From the NCBI RefSeq assembly GCF_009914755.1, contig NC_060944.1: a DNA stretch of 64,000 nt; one strand, 5' to 3'. The DNA comes from the human T2T-CHM13v2.0 reference genome, Homo sapiens. Under the pieces are notes generated by a model. That model was not told where the DNA came from. It was given only the letters and a program-made list of their open reading frames with translations, and did no database searches. Each line of letters begins with the position of its first letter. Positions within the stretch are counted from its first letter, which is position 1. A program made the translations under genes and the position numbers. Below, piece by piece: positions 1-40,353 of this stretch.

Positions 1-6410
<6,410 letters not shown>

Positions 6411-6411
6411 T

Positions 6412-6515
6412 TATATATATATACATATATATATATGTGTATATATATGTATATACGTATATATATATGTATATACGTATATATGTGTATATATATGTAT
6501 ATACGTATATATATA
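6412..6515. repeat. (TA)n-rich compound microsatellite at an Alu tail
   Basis: Repeated TATATATGTATATACG units. Confidence 0.95.
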
Positions 6516-6905
6516 ATACACAAATTTTTTAAATCCCACAGAGCGATATGCCCTATTATAAAATCTTTGATAATATTCTCTAACTGATGGGATGTTTGCA
6601 AGGTTAAAATGTGATAAAGTTTGTGACTCTCTTGCTACATTTTAGGCTCTCATAGTAAGAACTCAATGTTAAATGTAAACAGCATTGTTAAATGTAACAG
6701 CAGCATTCATACAGCATCGTTATTATCATGGCTTTTTGTATTTCTCTCTATTGCTGATAGACTGGAGCGCCCTCGAGTGTTTAATTTGTTATAGTACCTC
6801 AGTTATTACAAAGAGCACCCTAAACCCAAGTTTGTAGTCTCAATGCCAAAGGGCAATGCTTTTCTTTTCTTTCACTCCAGTGCCACATAAAAAAGGACCA
6901 AAACA

Positions 6906-7072
6906 TGACCTCCTGGGAGCAAAGAAACACCAGGTTGCCTAAGAAGAGGTGAACTGGCCCAGGCTGGAAACAGAGCAGGTCAAATCTCACGCCCTGATCA
7001 GTGGTGGGATCACGCCTGTGAATAGCCACTGCAGTCCAAACTGTGAGACTCTGTCTCTTAAAAAAAAAAAAA
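6906..7072 (+). pseudogene. 5'-truncated 7SL (SRP RNA) retrocopy
   Basis: Matches the 7SL S-domain (CACCAGGTTGCCTAAG..GGTGAAC..GGCCCAGG..GAGCAGGTCAAA..CTGATCAGT..GGGATC..GCCTGTGAATAGCCACTGCA); A13 tail; degenerate 15-nt TSD (13/15) at 6889 and 7067. Confidence 0.9.
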
Positions 7073-7534
7073 GTAGCAAAATTCACATCAAATCAATGGG
7101 TCCCAAGGCCAACTCAAGCCCTGCCCATGGTCACTCCCTGAAATGTGTCAGAAGGAAGGCAGAAGGGAACACGCAGCTCTACCTCCCTTTGATGCAAGCA
7201 CATTGCAAATATCATCTCGTTTCACAGGAACTCACATAATATTTGAATGTGGCATCATACTGACTACAAAAATCCTTTCATATTACTAATAGTCACAGCT
7301 AGCTTTCAGTGACAGTTTCCTGTGTCCCAGGTACCCTACTAGGAGCTAGATGTCATTGTTAGCTTTGATCTTTAAAATGGCCTGTGAGGCATATATTCTT
7401 TTGTAGCCTGCTTTTTTCCCTTCAGCAGTACGCTTTGGGCATCTTTCCATGTCAATAAATAGAGCTGGGTCGGAAGTAACTGATTCAAAGGCTGAGAAAC
7501 TTAAACAGTCAGCAGCCACTGCCCAGGTGAAGAT

Positions 7535-7765
7535 CAATAATAGTTAACATTTATTGAGTGCTTTATTACACACCAGGCCCTCCACTCATTGTTTAAGGTG
7601 AACTCTCTCGCATTTGATCCTTGAGGCAATCCCAAGGTAGCTTCTATTATTATTCAGATGGGGAATCTGAAGCCCAGAGAAGCAAAGGAACGCAGTCAAG
7701 GTCAGACAGCTGGTGTTCAATGGCAGAGGTGGGATTCAAACCCAGGTCCCTCTGATTCAGGCGCT
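7535..7765 (-). mobile_element. MIR
   Basis: MIR core: acatttattgagtgct...cagatggggaatctgaagcccagaga...aaggtca.acagct...gggattcaaacccagg. Confidence 0.8.
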
Positions 7766-8075
7766 GGGCTCTCAGCCAGCACATTTGGAGGACAACATGG
7801 AGGAGGATGTAAGGGGAGTCTTCGAAGTGGGAAAAGGATCCACTAGCAAAGGCTGAAGACAGGCAGGAGGGTGGTGTGGGCCCAGGCCACTGTCCTCCAT
7901 GGAAGTGACAGTAAGGCTTCCTGGAGGTGACACCGTTTGGACTAATTCTATGTCTCCAGACAATAAAGGAGGTCTTTTTATAGCTTACCAGTTCCTGGGC
8001 ATACGTCCAGTGAGACATACGTGGGTTCAAATCTTCATTGTGCCACTCTAGTTTAAAAAAAAAATCAGCATTATC

Positions 8076-10348
<2,273 letters not shown>

Positions 10349-10779
10349 AAGGGTGATTATTTTATTACAATTGAACCACAGCCATCCTATGATCTGGCCA
10401 CTTACCCCAGGATACAGCATCCTCAACTAGATGGCAAAAAGCCACTTCCTTTGCACTTAGTCAGTGCTGTTAGCCTGGAGGAATAACAATGGCACCATCG
10501 ATTGTGCCAGGCACTATCCTAGGTGCTTTTGTATGTTGAATCCTTGCAAAGCCCTGTGAGGTGGGTCAGTGTTTGCCTTCTGTATGACAGATGAGAAAAC
10601 TGGGATGTAGTAACTAGTCATTGGCCAAGGTCACACAGCAGTGAAGTAATGGTGCTGTGATTTGAATCTATGTAGTTTGATTTAGGATCTAGAAGTTTCG
10701 CTAATGGATTACCTAGCTCAGAACTAGTGAAAGAGCCCAGTCACAAAAGCACCTCCTGATGCCCAAAATCATTTTCAGC

Positions 10780-11105
10780 TCCTCAGACACAGAGCCTGAA
10801 GCAAAGATTAGGTACTGTGTGATTTATAAAGGAAAGAACCTGTAAGGGATGAAGGGAAGCAAGACAGGGAGGGAAACAAGAAAAGATGTGGTCTCAGGTA
10901 AAGTCTAGCAAAAAGGCTGGCTTTGTGTACCTCTGTACGAGTCAGCTGTTGGCTGCCAGCCACCCTGTGGGTGAGGGGAATAAACTCCAGGGTGAGGTGA
11001 TTCCTGAGATGGCAGTTCTCCGTAGAAATGGAAATAGTAAGCCATTCGAAGCCAACAACTGAAGCATCTGGGGGGATGGTGTTGGTGTGCTAGCCCATGA
11101 AGGGC
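10780..11105 (-). mobile_element. Old ERVL-class LTR remnant (LTR16/LTR33-like)
   Basis: The segment cagacacagagcctgaagcaaagattagg..gtgatttata resembles the LTR16/33 terminal motif; recognised by eye. Confidence 0.5.
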
Positions 11106-11151
11106 TCAAGAGGTTCCCAGAGGCACACTTCTTGCCTGCCTAATGAATCAA

Positions 11152-11176
11152 GTTCTAGAACATTCTGGAACATTCA
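11152..11176. promoter_or_regulatory. Perfect 5-unit heat-shock element
   Basis: gTTCt aGAAc aTTCt gGAAc aTTCa: five contiguous alternating nGAAn units. Confidence 0.75.
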
Positions 11177-12252
11177 CTTCCTAGACTTGTTTTGGAGAAT
11201 CCTCCTTCTCACTGAGACCAGCATGTTGAACAAACCCAGCCTGTGACATAATCAAAGCATACCTTAATTTGTATCTCCCAGTGTCCTTTCTAAGATGTAT
11301 TTGGTAGAGAAACATTTTCCCTGCCACTGGGTGAAATCTCCCCATTATTCTTCTGCTTGTTCTGAGGAAACAGGCAATTCTATGGTCACTTTAGGTCACA
11401 AACACAACCTCAATTTAGAAATGAGAATGTCCAGTCAAGCTTCTAACCAAAATTCCCAATTTGATTTGGGTTTAAACCTTCTCCCCTCACCCTCAGGCCT
11501 GCTTCAGGGAGGTGGTGTGGGTGACTCCTTCTCTATCTCTCCTTCCCTCACCCACCCGTGGGGTACAGTGGGGGGTGTTGGAGATGGCAAGGGGAGAGGA
11601 AGGGTCTCCCTTGAGCTGCCACCATCCTGGCTGGCTTCAAGCTGCCCCTTTCTGTCGTGGGCTCCATGGAGATGGCCACTGTCACAGGGGCCCTCTCACT
11701 CTTAACCTTGGGGGATGCATCTCTCCTCATAGGGGTCCCTTGCAAGTCCTTCGTCAGCCCTTAGGAACCCAACATCCAACTCAAGCTTCTTGCTGCTGCC
11801 ACACCTCTGCCCCTCCAGGAGGCTCTAGGGGACAGGACCCAAGAGGACCCCTTGTAGGTGCTCTCTGCCAACACTGGCCCATGGGAAACACTCCAGCCAG
11901 CAGCCTGTACTCCGAAAGTCCTGGGAATGTGGCTTACCTTAGCACGCCCACACTGGCTCCTTCACCAGTTCAGCCAGGCAGCCCGTTTCTCTCAGCCTCT
12001 AGATGTCCATGCCCACATGAGACCACTGGGCCCCCTCATAATGGCCACACATTATTCTCTACATATAGTGGCCCCTCTCATGGAAGAGCCCCCATGACCC
12101 CATTCCACCCTTCCAGGGAGATGGTCACCAAAGAACTCTTTGCTTCCTCTTCCCATCCTAGGAGAATGTGGTGGGTATAGGGGTAATAGTAAATGTGGGG
12201 GTTTTGGGTAGCCATGGCCAAATTTTAGCAGCTGTGGGTTTGGACTGGGCTC

Positions 12253-12764
<512 letters not shown>

Positions 12765-13934
12765 TTACTGGGTGGGGGTTTGTGGTGAGGGCTGAGTGAA
12801 GTAGTGAATTTGCGGAGCTAACACTCCAGAATTCCACAATCACAGACCTGCAAATTCCATCTCCGTGGGACCATTTACAAGTGATGTGGCTTCTCTGAGT
12901 CTGTTTACTCCTTTGTTAAATGGAAGAGCCTCTACTCCATTGCATCTCTGTAAGGTTAGTTAAGTGAATACATATGACATGCTTAGCACGGGACCTGGCA
13001 CCTGGTAAGAACTCAGTCCATGCTGGGCGTTTTTAATACAACGGTGGGTGGCTGGTACTGACGGAGGGGATTTGGGATCTCCACCCCTTCCGTTTCCCTC
13101 ACTATTCCAGGCCCTGTTTTGGAAATGCTTCAGCCAGGCTGGGATCCAGGGCCCCTGGGAACAGAGAGGACATACTGTACCTCCAAGCAGCCATGCTGAC
13201 TCAGGTTAGGAAATCAATGTGTGACCACAAAAACACAGCCAGGTTCTTCCCACTTCTGGGAAATCTGCACAGCCAACCCATGGGCATCTCTTTACCCTGT
13301 CCCGAGAGGTGGCCAGCTTCGTTCTAGGACCTGATTCTGCAGCTTGTGAGCACAAGGCTGGCACATGGAGAAACAGGAGTCTCTCGCTCCTTAGGGAACC
13401 CCAGGCCCGGGGTCACAAGCTTTGCACGACCCTCTGATTGGGGTCAAACATGTCTGGTGTTTGCGAAGCCTCTGACTTCCCCCAGCCTGCGTCTGGACAC
13501 TTCTCAAGCCAAGCCAGGCTCCGGACCACTGGTTGGGCAACGCATGACCTCAAACTGGGTCAGACCCATCAGATGAGCATCTGTTTAAGAGTATAGGACA
13601 CTTTGTTCTTTAGAATCCCAAGGGTCAGAGTATGAACCCTCCCCGTCCCCAATTCAAACTCCTCCTCCATCACTTACTGCCATTTACTTACTCTGTTACT
13701 TTGAGCAAGTTTTTCAGCTCTCTGAGTTCTAGTTTTCCTAGCCACCAAATGCAGACTAACAAGTACCTTCACCTTCCAGGGTTGATGTGAGATTCGGGTA
13801 GTGAATGTCAAAGAATGGCACACATATTAGCAGGCACTCCATAAGGGGGAGTTATTATTGCAAACAGGGGCACTAGACACCAAGTAAAAAACAGTATGGT
13901 ACATATGCTACAGTGGATGAGAGGGCAGAGCTGA

Positions 13935-20129
<6,195 letters not shown>

Positions 20130-20146
20130 TTACCTTACGTTTTAAA

Positions 20147-20524
20147 AGATCTCACAGATGTGATTAATGTAAGGATCTTGAGATGGTAAGATTATCCTGG
20201 ATTATCTGGCTGAGCCCAATGTAATCCCAAGAGTCCTTATAAGAAGAGGGAAGCAGGAGGATCAGTCAGTAGTAGAGGTGACAACAGAAGCCAGAGGTTG
20301 AGGTGATTTGAAGAAGGGGCCATAAGCTAAGGAATGCAGGTGGCCTCTACAAACTGTAAAAGGAAAGGAACTGATGCTTCCTCCAAATCCCCAAAAGAAT
20401 GCAGCCTTGCCAACACCTTGATTTTAGACTTTTGACCTAGAGAACTGCAAGAGAATATATCTGTGTTGTTTCAATCCATGAAGTTTGCAGTAATTCCTTG
20501 TAACAGTAACAGGAAAATAATACA
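20147..20524 (+). mobile_element. MaLR LTR (MLT1D-like)
   Basis: gatgtgattaa..gagatgg..gattatcctggattat..gccaacaccttgattttagac..aataataca end. Confidence 0.8.
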
Positions 20525-20730
20525 TAGATTTAGCAAACAAAACAAAATCCAGGATGCCCAGTAGTCATATTTGAATTTCCTATAAACAACAATTTTTAAA
20601 GTATAAATGTGTCCCAAATGTTGCATAGGACACACTTATCTGTGTGTATGTGTGTGTGTGTTTGGAAAGGAACATGCTTAAATGTTTATCTGAAATTCAA
20701 ACTGTAGTGAATGTTATATATTTTGTCTGT
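20525..20730. mobile_element. MER53-like hAT element
   Basis: gatttagcaaa..caggatgcccagt..ttgaattt..gtttatctgaaattcaaa palindromic arms. Confidence 0.6.
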
Positions 20731-21479
20731 CAATCTTAGAAGTGATGAAACTGAGAGCAGGAGTCAAAACTCATGATTCCCAGGTCGCCTCCATACTGCT
20801 GCCCCCTGCCCCTCAATCTGGCAGAAACTGCCACGTTCTTGTGGCCCTCATGGGTCACTTCCCATCTTCTTGGGACTCCTCTTGCCCCTGGGGTAGGAAA
20901 ATGAAAAGACTGTTTAAGGTCGTTTCTTTAGGCTCAGAGTTCTCCTGGACCACCAGAGGTTCTGCCTCAGAGGGACCTAGGAGATTTGCCTCAAAGTTGC
21001 AGTTGCACAAAATACTTGCGGGCGGATCTTAATGGACTGGGGTGGGAGTTAGTAAAGCCTTTGTCTGGAGGGAACGTAATGAACCCCAAAGCAGGAAAAA
21101 AGTAATTATTGAATCAGGCTCCAGAGCAAGAATCAGGTTTCAGGTAAGGAAACGGAAGCACAAGAAGGAATGGGGACTTGCTCCAGGTCACTCAGTTAAT
21201 GACAGACAGATGTCCCCTGGTTTGGAGTCTCCCTTTTTGGAGCAGCTAGTCCTGATAGCAGCCATAGTGGGGGGAAGTCTAGAATGCTAATCCTGAGGTC
21301 CGGGTTTGAAGCCCTTTACTGCCTTGATTGCCAGTTTCCCTTTCCTGAAATAGGGGAATTGCATAAATATGAGGAGTTAATGAGATCATGGATGTTAAAC
21401 AACAGGTACATGTTAGCATGTTCTTGGAAAATGGCAGCTTCTTTCCTTCCTTCTCTGAGCCTCAGTTTCCCCATCTATA

Positions 21480-21945
21480 AGCCGGGTTTGACAAGCGGCT
21501 GGTGCCCCAGCTCCTCCCAGCCACTCCAGGTCCGCAGCTCGGAGCTCCGGCAGCCAGGTGGGGACTGAACACCAACGCCGCGGGGAGGCGTCGCACATGC
21601 GCGCTCCTAGGCGGAGCCCCGCCTCCCACGCCCTGGATCGTCACTTCCGGCGCGAGAGGCCGGGCAGGCCGGGCAGGGAGTGCGGGTCGGTTCTGCGTGC
21701 GCTGCCGGACGAGGCTCCCGCCGCCGATTGACCCGCGCTCCGCCCGTAGTCGGGCCGGTGAGTGCCCGCGAGCCCATCCGTGTGCCCTGGGAGCTGAGGA
21801 GAGGGACCCCTGAGAGGGAAGGATAACCGGAAGTGGGGACCAGAGGAGCGAGAGACCCCAGGAAATGGGGACACCTGGGGAGGGGGTGACAGCCGGAAGT
21901 GGGGGCCTCGGAAGGTTGTCCACGGGATATGGGGTCTCGGGGGCT
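21480..21945 (+). promoter_or_regulatory. CpG-island housekeeping promoter of TTPAL
   Basis: High CpG density. NRF1-like GCACATGCGC ~21593, GC boxes 21617-21633, ETS/GABPA CCGGAAGTG at 21642 (-), 21827 and 21893. Confidence 0.88.
21645..21757 (+). other. TTPAL: TTPAL non-coding exon 1 (TSS approximate)
   Basis: GC-rich, ATG-free segment in the CpG island ending at the strong donor CCG|gtgagt (21758). Confidence 0.8.
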
Positions 21946-23445
21946 CTAGGAGAGATGGCTTCCTGACCTCTCCTTGTTGAGAGGAAGGGGTGGAAAGGAA
22001 AGTGATGCTCCAGAAAGGATGGGCTCCAGGTGGGGGAGATCTTTGGCTTCACCGTTACCAATGGTGTCTGCATCTCACTCATATGTCCGCCTGTCAGCTC
22101 ATTCACCAGCCTGTGACTGAGTCCTGCTGAGCGCTCGGCACTGCTGAGTCCCTGGAGAGTCAACATGAAGCTCCAGGTGGAGGGTACAGATTAGAAGCCC
22201 AGGGTGGGGCTAGACGCATCCTTGCTCTGCCTCACCGGGTGTGCCCCCTTGGGCGAATCGCTTAACCTATATCCTCCGCTGATGTGTACAGACCACTGCC
22301 ATGTGCCCGGCACTGGGGGTGGCAGTGGACATGGCAGACAAGCCCTCTGCCCTCGTGGAACTTAGATTCTAGGGGACAGTCCTTTTTGTCCTCCTTTGTA
22401 AAATGGCAACAGTAATAGCGCTCTCACCAAATAACGTGAAGATTAAATGAGGAAATGGGTAAAGGGCTTAGCAATGCTTGATACATGGTAAAATGCTCAA
22501 GTATGCATTCTCTTCATTCCACTATAATGTAAGCTTTATTAGGCAAGGAATTGTATTGTTTGCGTCTGTGTTCCCAGTGCCTGTGAGCACAGTGCCTGAC
22601 ATATATGGTAGGTGATCGGTAATTATTTGATAAATGAGTGCGTGGTGAAACTGACTCTAGATAAATGCCCATAGCATTGGACTGTAATTTCTAAAAAAGA
22701 AATAGGAACCCAGTTCTGTGGAAAACTGGAGGGAATCACCCTCAGGGAGTTTGGGAAGGATTCACTGAGGTGGTGACATGGCAGCTGAGCCTGAGCTGTC
22801 AAGTTAGGAACAAATTAGAAGAGGAAATTCCAGGCAGAGTGTATCAGAAGTGCACGAGTTATTCCAAGGATGATGGGTTATTAGTTTGTTTTGACTGGCA
22901 TTTAATGTGCATCAAGGTGGGGTGCGATGGAAAATGAGGCTGGAGAGGGGCTTTGAGGTGAGGCTTGTACCTTGTGAACACTGATGTTTGATGGGATTGC
23001 AGGCATCTCTTGGTTACTTCCATAGAAACAAAGCCATAGTTGTTCCATTCCTCACTTAGCATACCTGTGCCAACCAGACTAAAGTCATTCAACAAATATT
23101 TATGGAGTGCAGATTATGTGTCTAACACCATGTTAGGCGCTGGGTTTCAGGTGATGAACAAGACAAACTTGGATGTTGCTCACAAATTGCCAACAGACAA
23201 TTGCAACAGGGTGGGAGAAGTGCGGGGGAGGCACCTAACCTGGCTGGGGGTCAGTGAAGGCTACCTACTCCAGGCCACCAGCATCTCTCAGCTGGATTAT
23301 TGCAATAGCCTCTAAATGGTCTGCTTCAGTCCTCACTCCCTTAGAGTCCATTCTCAAGACAGCAGATTGGTCCTTTTAAAATATATTTTTATTTATTTAT
23401 CTATCTATCTATTTATTTATTTATTTATTTATTTATCTGAGATAG

Positions 23446-24300
<855 letters not shown>

Positions 24301-25130
24301 TGCCACGATAAGTTACATGGGTGTGTAGTAAAAAATTCAAACAGTATAGTAAAAATCCTCTTTCTCATCTTAAATCTTCACTTGTCCAGTTCTGTTCCAA
24401 GAGATAACCATTGGTAAGTTTCTTATATCTCTTTCCAGAAGTTTTGTGTGCATTCACAAGTGTATGTGTATAGTTTAAAAACGTGATTTTCTGTACACTA
24501 TTCTGCAACTTGCTTTTTTAATATGTCAATTCATAAAGATCTGCCTACTTTTCGCTTTTTTTGTTTGTTTGTTTTGAGAGGGAGTCTTGCTCTGTCACCC
24601 AGGTGGGAGTGCAGTCATGATCTCGGCTCACTGCAAGCTCTGCCTCCCGGGTTCACGCCATTCTCCTGCCTCAGCCTCCCTAGTAGCTGGGACTACAGGC
24701 ACCTGCCACCACGCCCGGCTAATTTTTTGTATTTTTAGTAGAGATGGGGTTTCACCGCGTTAGCGAGGATGGTCTCGATCGCCTGACCTCATGAGTCGCC
24801 TGCCTCGGCCTCCCAAAATGCTGGGATTACAGGCGTGAGCCACCGCGCCCGGCCCCCTAATTCTTTTTCATGACTGACTAGTACCCCATTAATATGGTAA
24901 TATTACTTAACCAGTCTCCCCTGATAGGCAGTTAAGATGTTTCCAATCTTTTATCATTATAATCAATACTTGTGAAGGCCATGTGCATATTATGCATATA
25001 TATACAAGTATATGTCCTAGAAATGGAATTGCTGACCCAAAGGGCATGTAGGTTTACATTCTGAAGATATTGACAAATGCCCTCCAAAGAGGCTGTCAAT
25101 TTATACTCCCAGCAGCAGCAAGCATATTAG

Positions 25131-25469
<339 letters not shown>

Positions 25470-25766
25470 TAAGGTCGAGCACCTATTAATACATTTATAA
25501 GGAAGGCCCTGGTGTTTATTAGGGAGTGTATAGTCTGCTGTAGCTGCTGCCTGCCTCCCTGGGGACTAACAGCAGCCGGCCTGGGGTCAGACTTGCGTGT
25601 ATGGTTTAGATCCAGTTCATTGCCCCCAGTTGAGAAACACTGCCCTGAGGTTACTCGGTTTTTACAGAAGTGTTCCTGTCCCCTACACTGTACTGCCCTA
25701 GGATTTGAAATAAGCACTTGTTAACTTTGCTTAGGGCTTCTCTGTTGGCAGGGACCTTGGTAGCTA

Positions 25767-35307
<9,541 letters not shown>

Positions 35308-36562
35308 CCCGTCCCCCAGGGTCACCATCTTTAATTCTTTTCCTTCTTTTCTTTGGAGAGGCACAAGGAGAATTTAAGGGTCCATGGATTCAGTCTTGCT
35401 CCTTGTAATTAAACTGCAGGATGGAGGAACAGCCTGAGATATGAGCATGAGCCCATTTTGGGGTAAGCCTTTGGTTACTTTAATTACTCCATGGAAGACA
35501 TGGAAAATGTCCCCACTGATTCTTAAACATTTGGAATCCCAGTCTGCAACTATTAATCTGGAGGCTATATCTATTTTGTTTTGCTTTTTGGTTGGGGGGT
35601 GGTGATCTGGTTCTTACACATCTTGGAAGCAAGAACAATCAGGACCAAAGTCACTTTGATCCCACTTTTCCAGGAGAAAAACCACCTGTTTGGCCAGTGA
35701 GAACTACTTGTATGAAATAATTTGGCCAAACCTTCAGTGTGACCAAATGTGAGACTGGGAGTTTGTGTTTTTCACAGGAACCCTAAGTATAGACCTCTGC
35801 TGCTCATCAGGAAACTTACTGGAGATGAAGGCCCCAGCTGTTGTCACCGGGTTTGGAAAGCACCTTAACTGAATCATGTAAGCATCAGGACATAAGCAGC
35901 ACTTTGTGGTCAAATGTGGAAGCCGGAGACTTCAAAGCACCTCTGGGACCCACTGGTTGAAGTTTGCAATAGAAACTTAAGTTTTCCCAAATCCATAAAG
36001 CCTTAGCCCTGGTTCTCAATAGAATCAGGGACCTAGCAGGAAATGATTTTACTCAACCTAAAATGCTGGATCCCAGGCCCGTGTAGCTATAAGAATTCTG
36101 GCCTGGATCCCAGGTGTACAACTATGGACAAGATATGGGCCTCTACTTTCTCCTCTATAAAATGAGGCTGGATGAAATGTCAGCTAGGGCCATTTTGGCT
36201 GCTGAGGCTCTGGGATTTGGTTTAGTTACTGAATGTTAGATTTTCTGCCTAGAAAGATAACTATCTAGATACAAGTGGTTGGATCCTGTTTTTGTTTGTG
36301 GTACATGTGTCTTTCCAAGAGAGATGTGTCACCAATTAGCCCTGCCTTTAAAGAAACTATTATGTGTATTCCTGGGACTCACTGACACCAATTTTCTTTT
36401 TATAGTGATGGTTCAATTTTGAAAAGATGGCTTTTGTGAGGCCAGGTTAAGGTGACCAGGATCTTGTATGATGAATTCCTTCCATCCCTGAGACTCTGGT
36501 ACTATATTGTAAACCTGGCTACAGTAGTTAATTACTTGAGATTCTTTAATTTTGGTCTCTGA

Positions 36563-36918
<356 letters not shown>

Positions 36919-38767
36919 TCACTTCTGGGCCCCCCTGCCCTCCCAGCCCCACTTGAGTTTCTCTCTCTGGTGTGGGTGAACCAGTCAGCCTGAATGTTCT
37001 GCATTTCAGCACTTTAGAACCTCCCTGTGAAGATTTTAGCCTTAGCCCAAACATCAAATTAGACGGTTCACATGATGGTTTTTGACCTATTTCCTTTCTA
37101 ATGTATTCCACATGATCATGGTGTTAAATAGTGAAAAGTACTGTGTTGTGTGTGCACCTTCTCCGTGCATTTATTAGACTAACCAGTCAAGCAGACAGCT
37201 CAGTTAGGGAGAAAACAATACTCTGAAATTTGAAGGCCAATCTGTTGTTACTAAGCTGTTTATCTCTATTGCCTTTTTAAATGTCTGGATAAGTTGTTGG
37301 TGGAAATTAAGTTACTTAACCTCATTAATACCAATTCTAGAGAAAGTTCTTTTCACCATGGATAGTAACCCTGGATCCTCTACGGTACTGGCTGAGCTGG
37401 AAGTGCCAAAAAGCACTCCTGGCTGCTTCTGGTTCCATCTGATGATGATGTGACACACACTGCTGAAAAGGCCCAAGCAGGGCAAGTGGGATGGCTGAAG
37501 GAGGGAAGGAGGGGGTTCAGAACCCACTGGCCTGGATGGGAGAACTGGGTGGAGGCTTCCCCAAGAGGGAAGACAGATAAACAAAACAAAACAAAAACTG
37601 GGTAAAGAGGAATGAATCACTCAGCCCTGATGTTTCAATTCTACACTGCATTCCTGGCCAGTCGCATTTGTTTTAATGCAGGCATGGCCACAGCTCTCCT
37701 AGAGAATTATCTCAAAGACCAGAAGGGACCTGGAGAGGCCTATTTCTTAGGTTTTTCCAGTTGGACAAGGAAGGAGTGGTTTCACTCAGCTTCTAGAAGG
37801 AGTTGGAGCCTAAGTTTATCTGCCTCCGGGAGCTGCTTGCTTTGTTTTGGCTCCGAAGAGGTATCAGATAGTTTTGACACCTCAGGAAACTTGAACCAAG
37901 CTGTGAAACCAAGACCTCCCTGCGTGAAAATCAAGGTGGTCTCCTTGTGGCTTCACCAGGATGTTTGTGTCAGGCTGTCTCAGCAGGGTGGGGAATGACC
38001 AGCCAGGGAGCACAGTGAGCCTTACTCAGCACTGGGGAGCGCACTGGTGAGGCAAACCCATGAACCTCAAGAACTGGGAGTATGTTCCTTCAGGGAGAAG
38101 TTCTGGCCCATTGCACAAACACTTGGAAATTAACTTTTCCCTAAATTCAAGATAGTGTGGTGTCGGAAGGAAATGGGACAGTAAATTAGGAGACGCGGGC
38201 TCCACCTTTACCTTACTACGTGGCCTTTGATGAGCTGGCTTAACATCCCTGAGTGATTCCATGATAGAGATCTATACTCCAAACTTTATTCCTGGTATCT
38301 AGTTGGCTTCACTGCCACAGACACTGTACTCTCTCTTTTTAGAAGTTTTTTTCCTTTTTTTTCCCCCTCAATTGGCTTATTTAGTAAATTTAGGTCTGAA
38401 TGAATTGGTACCTAAAAGCTTCCAAATCTATACATTTCAGAATATGGGAATTTTCTTCCTCTTCTTCCCCCATATCCCAACATGGAATTCTGGAAAACTG
38501 TGCCTCTTCCCCTGTTCTGCCTTCATGGGGGAGAGACTGGATGAAATCTACAAAAACAGCCAAAAGTGCCACCCTGGCTTCATGTCTTGAATTTCTAACT
38601 TGCTCTTGGCAAAGGTCGCTTTATTTTTTAATTTTTTTCCTTGCATTTTCTTTTTTATTCTATTGCTGCTGCAAAAATTAAGGCAAAAGTAGCTTTCGAT
38701 CTTTCATATTTCATCCTGGTTTCACAAGGAGTCACTTATCTTAGGAGGTCTGTAAGTCAGGTTACAA

Positions 38768-39073
<306 letters not shown>

Positions 39074-39518
39074 TTACAAAACACCATTTTTCCCGAAATA
39101 AGACAATAAGAGGCTTTTCTCTGAATTCCTTTATATTGAGCCTTTCAGAATTCTCCCTGGGTGGGCAATTTCTTTAAATAGTATTTGACCCTCAGATCAA
39201 TCCTGGGAATTTTTTTCATTTGGGTAGCAAAAGCTAGAGTATTGCTGTGGCGATTATAATACTTTTAAAAAGTTTTACCATTTTAAAGTTGCCAACATTT
39301 AATTAAGGTTTTCCTTTGAAGCCTCCTTTAATTTAGGGAGTAAAATGTTAGCTAAACCAATTATATACTATATACTATACACTGTATCTCCTGTGGCCAT
39401 GAGAGGTGTGGCTATACCGAACAGAAACATGCCTACTGTTCAGGAAAGATGTCAGTTCTGGTAACACCTCTCTGTATTGGGATCTGTTAATTTTGTAAAT
39501 CTAAATTCTTCTGCTCTT

Positions 39519-39854
<336 letters not shown>

Positions 39855-40347
39855 TTAAAATGCTAGTAACAAACATCACAGTCAACAGGAGCTTGCTTCA
39901 TGCGAAGGATCAATGTGATTTGTGGATGGAGATGATAGTGATGAAATTCCTGTTTCATGGGGCTGTTTTTCTTTTCATCTCACTGGGCAGCAGGTTTAGT
40001 GAGGCAGTGAGATGCTGCTGCTGTGGATTCTTGTAGCTATGCCTCGGCTTCTTGGCATATCAGGTAGGAACCTGTTACAAGTGAAATACTTGAAACCTCT
40101 CTGACCAAGAGCCTCTGATGGAGTGGGAGGTGAGCTAATTCTCTGACCAGCTTGGGGCACTGTTTCAGCCACTGGTCACATTCCTTGCTTCAAACTGAAA
40201 TTCAGTTTGGCTTTGAGTATAGGGATACATGGTGGATTCATGTACTTCAGTGTTTGTTTTGACCAAAGTTTATTTTTCTAGTGCATTTTCTAAGTCAAAG
40301 TGGTGAAAATATGTAATAATTTTAGTATGCATGACTCAGTCTGAAAC

Positions 40348-40353
40348 AATAAA
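40348..40353 (+). terminator. TTPAL polyadenylation signal
   Basis: AATAAA followed by a U/GU-rich downstream element (gggttcttttgtg). Confidence 0.7.

Noticed and set aside
6906-7072. Functional SRP RNA gene
   Set aside because: Lacks the 5' Alu domain and internal promoter, has many substitutions and a 3' deletion, and carries a polyA tail and TSD
11512-12180. 222-aa plus-strand ORF
   Set aside because: GTG start, Pro/Ser/Gly-rich, no recognisable domain or supporting splice structure; possibly a decayed repeat that I could not classify
21462-22166. 234-aa antisense ORF over the TTPAL promoter
   Set aside because: GC-rich CpG islands are depleted of stop codons; it has a non-ATG start and a Pro/Gly/Ala/Arg low-complexity product with no recognisable domain
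22098-22176. Possible alternative TTPAL 5'UTR exon
   Set aside because: AG and GT dinucleotides are present but the donor (CAG|gtggag) is weak; it cannot be supported from sequence alone
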